NCBI GenBank assembly: GCA_963663275.1
Contig: OY760183.1
Span: forward strand, 3,328,001 to 3,392,000
Direction of reading: 5' to 3'
Length of the DNA stretch: 64,000 nucleotides
From: Chloroflexota bacterium
Lineage (GTDB): Bacteria; Chloroflexota; UBA11872; VXOZ01
Shown here: positions 60,130 to 64,000 of the stretch, in pieces
Position numbering within the stretch: position 1 is the stretch's first letter
Layout of the letters: each line of letters starts with the position of its first letter
The notes under the pieces: model-generated
Told to the model about the DNA's origin: nothing
The model's database searches: none
The model's input: only the letters and a program-made list of their open reading frames with translations
Translations under genes and position numbers: made by a program

Positions 60130-61899
60130 ATGACGTTGCGCAGCCAGGAACTACGCGGCCTCAACCGCCAGGGCGACGCCCTGCGCATGGGCATGGACTG
60201 GACAGTAGAAGACCTGGGCAAGCCGCAGGTGCTGGTGGAGAGCGTGACCGGCTGCTCCCATCCTTCCAGCGTGCATCTCGGCGAGCTGGTGGAGCAGGCC
60301 AAGTTCGGCGTCTACACCCGCGGCGGCAAGCCCGCCGAATTCTACTGCACCGACATCTGCGACGGCGTGGCCCAGGCCCACGCGGGGATGCGCTTTAGTC
60401 TCCCCTCGCGGGACATCATCAGCTATATGACGGAAATCCACGCCCTGGCCCATCCGCACGACGCCATGGTCTGCATCTCTACCGCCGACAAGGCCGTGCC
60501 CGGCCACCTGATGGCCATGGCGCGCGTGAACCTGCCGGCCATCCATATCCCCGGCGGCACGCAGACCAACGGCCCGTGCAACATGTCCTCGGAGCTTATG
60601 TATCCGCTCGGCATCATGCGCGACAAAGGGCAGATCACTGAAGAAGAGCTAATCGCCAAGCAGAAGCACGCCTGTCCCACGCCGGGTTCCTGCCAGTTCA
60701 TGGGCACCGCCAGCAGCAACCAGGTGATCGCCGAGGCGCTGGGCCTGGCGCTGCCGGGGAGCGCGCTCATTCCCGCGCCGCTGCGCCAACTCACCCGCAT
60801 GGCCCGCGACGCCGGCGAACAGGTGATGACCTTGCTTGAACAAAACATCCGGCCCCGCGACATCCTGACGCCGGAGGCCTTCCACAACGCCCTCGTCCTC
60901 CATGCCGCGGTCGGCGGCTCCACAAATCTCCTGATTCACTTGCCCGCCATCGCCGCGGAAGTGGGCATCGAAATCCGCCCGCAGCAGTTCGACGAAATCG
61001 GCAGAAAAGTGCCGGTGCTGACCGACGTGAAGACCTACGGCACGCATCCGGTGGAGTACGTCTGGTACTGCGGCGGCGTGCCCGCCTTGATGAACGAGGT
61101 CAAGGACTTCCTCCACCTCGACTGCCTCACCGTCACCGGCAAGACCGTCGGCGAGAACCTGCAAGATCTCGAAGATTCCGGCTGGTTCGACGAAATCGGC
61201 GGCTATCTGGACAACCACGGCCTGCGCAAAGAAGAAGTGCTCTATCCCATCGAGCGGCCCTACAAGTCGGGCGGCACGATTGCCGTGCTCACCGGCAACC
61301 TGGCGCCGGAAGGGGCGGTGATGAAGCACGTGGCCGCCGACCCGCGCACCCATCAGATGGTCGGCCGCGCGGTGCCCTACGACTGCGAGGACGACGCCAT
61401 CGCGGGCGTCACGAATGACGAGATCAAACCCGGCGACGTGATGGTCATTCGCTACGAGGGACTGCGCTCCTCGGGCATGCCGGAGATGTACTTCTGCACT
61501 ACCGTCATTTCGGCGCGGCCCGACCTGGAGGCCAGCACCGCCATCATCACCGACGGACGCTACTCCGGCGCGGCCAAAGGCCCCGCCATCGGCCACGTGA
61601 TGCCGGAAGCGGCCTTGGGCGGCCCGCTCGCCTTGGTGGAGAAGGACGATCTCATCGAGATCGACGTGCCCGCGCGCTCGCTGGCAATCGTGGGCGTGAA
61701 CGGCGAACGCCGGCCGGCCGCGGAGATTGATGAAATCCTGGCCGAGCGCCGCGAACGCTGGCAGCCGCCAACGCGCAAGCACGAGGCCGGCGTGCTCTCC
61801 CTCTACGCCCGCGAGGCTGCCGGCGCTGACGCTGAGTCCGCAAACGGCCTCCCGGCGAATGCGGCGCTCCGCAACGTTGAACCGCTGCCGCGCCCGTGA
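60130..61899 (+). CDS. ilvD: Dihydroxy-acid dehydratase family (IlvD/Edd)
   Basis: DICDG, DKAVPG, CQFMGTA, GGSTN, TDGRYSG; substrate uncertain. Confidence 0.88.
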   Translation: MTLRSQELRGLNRQGDALRMGMDWTVEDLGKPQVLVESVTGCSHPSSVHLGELVEQAKFGVYTRGGKPAEFYCTDICDGVAQAHAGMRFSLPSRDIISYMTEIHALAHPHDAMVCISTADKAVPGHLMAMARVNLPAIHIPGGTQTNGPCNMSSELMYPLGIMRDKGQITEEELIAKQKHACPTPGSCQFMGTASSNQVIAEALGLALPGSALIPAPLRQLTRMARDAGEQVMTLLEQNIRPRDILTPEAFHNALVLHAAVGGSTNLLIHLPAIAAEVGIEIRPQQFDEIGRKVPVLTDVKTYGTHPVEYVWYCGGVPALMNEVKDFLHLDCLTVTGKTVGENLQDLEDSGWFDEIGGYLDNHGLRKEEVLYPIERPYKSGGTIAVLTGNLAPEGAVMKHVAADPRTHQMVGRAVPYDCEDDAIAGVTNDEIKPGDVMVIRYEGLRSSGMPEMYFCTTVISARPDLEASTAIITDGRYSGAAKGPAIGHVMPEAALGGPLALVEKDDLIEIDVPARSLAIVGVNGERRPAAEIDEILAERRERWQPPTRKHEAGVLSLYAREAAGADAESANGLPANAALRNVEPLPRP

Positions 61900-63164
61900 G
61901 CGCGAATGCCCCCTATCCGCTCGCTGCCGTGCGCGCCGTCATCCTCCACGCCCAGGGGCTAGACGAGCCGCAGCGCAGAGGCGCCCGGCCGGGCATCGAG
62001 GACGTCTACGCGGCGGTGCGGCGCGTAGGCTGGGTGCAGATCGACACGCTCCAGGTCGTCAATAGAGCGCAGTACCTCACGCTCTGGAGCAGGCTGGGCG
62101 CGTACGATACCACGCTGCTCGACAGGCTCCTCTTCGACGACGGCGCCACCTCGCCCGACAACGGCCGCCGGTTGTTCGAGTATTGGGCGCACGCGGCCTG
62201 CATCATCCCGCTCACCGCCTACCCCTGCTTCCTGCCCGACATGCGCCGGCGCCGCGAGGGTCACGGCACGTGGCACACGCGCTGGGCCGCCAAGCCCGAA
62301 AACCAACGCATGATGCGGACGCTTCTAAAGAGAATCCGCGCGGGGGGCGCCGCCCGTCCCGCCGACTTTCGCACCGGCAAGCGCGCCCCGGGGTCGTGGT
62401 GGAACTGGGACGACGCGAAAGTGGCGCTGGAATACCTCTATGACGTCGGCGACCTTGCCATCGCCAACCGCGTCAATTTCCAGCGCATCTACGACGCCAG
62501 CGAGCGCGTGCTGCCGGCCTGGGTTGACAGGGAAGAGCCGCCCGCGGACGCGGCGCTGCGGCAACTTCTGGAGACTTCCCTGCGGGCATTGGGAGTCTGC
62601 GCGCCGGGGCAGGTCGGCAACTACCTCCACCTGAAGTCCACCGCGGCGAAACCCCACGTGGAGGCGCTGATCGCGGACGGCACGTTCGTCACCATCCACG
62701 CCCGGTTGGCGGACCGCAAGACCCGTGAACTGCTGGTTCACCGCGACAACGCCCCCCTCTTAGAGGCGGCCGCGGACGGCGCGCTCCGCGCCCGCCGCAC
62801 GACGTTTCTCAACCCCTTCGACAGCCTCTTCTGGGCCAAGGGGCGCGACCGCGCCGTGTGGCAATTCCACCAAACCCTGGAATGCTACAAGCGCGCGCCG
62901 GACCGCATCTGGGGCTACTTCTGCCTGCCCATCCTGGACCGGGACCGCCTGGTGGGCCGCTTCGATCCGAAGCTGGAACGCAAAACCGGCCTGCTCCGGC
63001 TGAAGGCGCTCTACCTGGAACCGGGAGTAAGGCCCAGCCAACGGCTGGCATCCTCCACGGCCCGCGCCATGCGCGACTTCATACGCTTCCACGACGCGAC
63101 GGACCTGGCAATCGAACACAGCGACCCGCCGGAGTTCGGCCAAAAGCTCTCGGCGGCACTGTAA
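61896..63164 (+). CDS. YcaQ/AlkZ-like crosslink-repair DNA glycosylase
   Basis: VQID, LWSRLG, FEYWAH, PFDSL, WGYFCLPIL, VGRFDPK. Confidence 0.88.
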   Translation: MSANAPYPLAAVRAVILHAQGLDEPQRRGARPGIEDVYAAVRRVGWVQIDTLQVVNRAQYLTLWSRLGAYDTTLLDRLLFDDGATSPDNGRRLFEYWAHAACIIPLTAYPCFLPDMRRRREGHGTWHTRWAAKPENQRMMRTLLKRIRAGGAARPADFRTGKRAPGSWWNWDDAKVALEYLYDVGDLAIANRVNFQRIYDASERVLPAWVDREEPPADAALRQLLETSLRALGVCAPGQVGNYLHLKSTAAKPHVEALIADGTFVTIHARLADRKTRELLVHRDNAPLLEAAADGALRARRTTFLNPFDSLFWAKGRDRAVWQFHQTLECYKRAPDRIWGYFCLPILDRDRLVGRFDPKLERKTGLLRLKALYLEPGVRPSQRLASSTARAMRDFIRFHDATDLAIEHSDPPEFGQKLSAAL

Positions 63165-63311
63165 GCCTGTACGCCGCCCCTCCGGTAGCGCAGGTTTGCA
63201 ACCTGCGCACTCCGGCGCAATGACCGCCGGTAGTCCTCGCCGGTGTAGGGGCACGACATGTCGTGCCCCTACACCGCTTACCCCCTCACCCTAAACCTCT
63301 CCCCAGGGAGA

Positions 63312-63459
63312 GCTGACAGGGGTAGGCATTCTACATCCGACTTTACGTGTCATTCCGAGCGGAGCGAGGAATCTAGAACCGACGTTCTTGCAGCGAAAGC
63401 CTTAGATTCCTCTCTCCGCTGCGCTCCGCTCGGAATGACACTTGCCTACCCCTGTCAGC
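63312..63459. mobile_element. 148-bp GCTGACAGGGG MITE in a family E repeat
   Basis: Perfect 17-bp TIR; 10-bp TSD CCCAGGGAGA. Confidence 0.85.
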
Positions 63460-63634
63460 CCCAGGGAGAGGGACCCAGAAAGAGCCAACGCACCCACGCA
63501 ACAACACGTCCGCCTCACAGGGCGGGGGCCTGTCCTTTATGTTGTCGCACTACCGTAGCGCGGGGGCTTGTCCCCCGCCTCTGCGCGGCGCAATTGCCCT
63601 GGAATAGAGGGACGGGCCACACAACGCGCGGCGC

Positions 63635-64000
63635 TTAGGCCAACTCCCGCAGGAGTTCCAACGCCGTCTCTTGTACGCTCGCGCCCGCCGCCGCCGTGAA
63701 GCGGCTCCACCGGCCCACGTTCACCTCGTAGCCGCCTTCCTCATAGGCATTTGGTGTGGGGAAGTACCCCTGGTAGCAGTTGGCGTAGCCCACGACATAC
63801 GTGTGGGCATACGGCGATTGTTCCTTTATGTCTAGTCCAATCCGGCAGAACAACTCGCCGGGCACGCCCACCCACGCGCTCTCCCCAATCGCCATCACCT
63901 GGATTTCACCCTCCTCCTGGCGCGCGTCGTTGCGGGTCAGTTCGTACTGCTCCAGAACCAAGCGGCGCCGGTTTATCTCAGCGCGTACCTCCGCTGCCGG
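63635..64000 (-). CDS. 3' part of a neutral-ceramidase-like hypothetical protein
   Basis: VPGELF..IG, VGYAN..GYFPT..AYEEGGYE; truncated by window edge. Confidence 0.7.
   Translation of the reverse strand, partial: PAAEVRAEINRRRLVLEQYELTRNDARQEEGEIQVMAIGESAWVGVPGELFCRIGLDIKEQSPYAHTYVVGYANCYQGYFPTPNAYEEGGYEVNVGRWSRFTAAAGASVQETALELLRELA

Overview
GC-rich bacterial chromosome segment, most likely Chloroflexota. This is inferred from a large Alu-type SRP RNA, Tat-lipoprotein solute-binding proteins, a glycoside hydrolase with YFPETGH-type repeats and a small SWIM protein. Core genes include smpB, hppA, hisC, dnaE, iscA/erpA, ffs, dnaX, topA, an ilvD-family dehydratase, tRNA-Gly(TCC) and tRNA-Arg(TCT). 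Accessory loci include two iron-uptake loci, an ABC exporter, a GT4 glycosylation cluster, a P450, a LarA-domain protein and a low-GC standalone KAP NTPase next to ffs. The most striking signal is intergenic: at least seven REP-like palindrome families and at least five short non-autonomous elements with their own terminal inverted repeats (TIRs) and target-site duplications (TSDs). Four of these element families sit inside a REP, some carry REPs as cargo, and one nests into a relative of itself. No transposase is visible in the window. Other candidates are Fur-like versus DtxR/IdeR-like boxes on different iron promoters, two probable ATC starts, two structured 5' leaders, REP DNA translated in frame in an LCP gene, and a pair of small membrane coiled-coil paralogs. 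All calls come from manual reading of the sequence; no database searches or folding programs were run.
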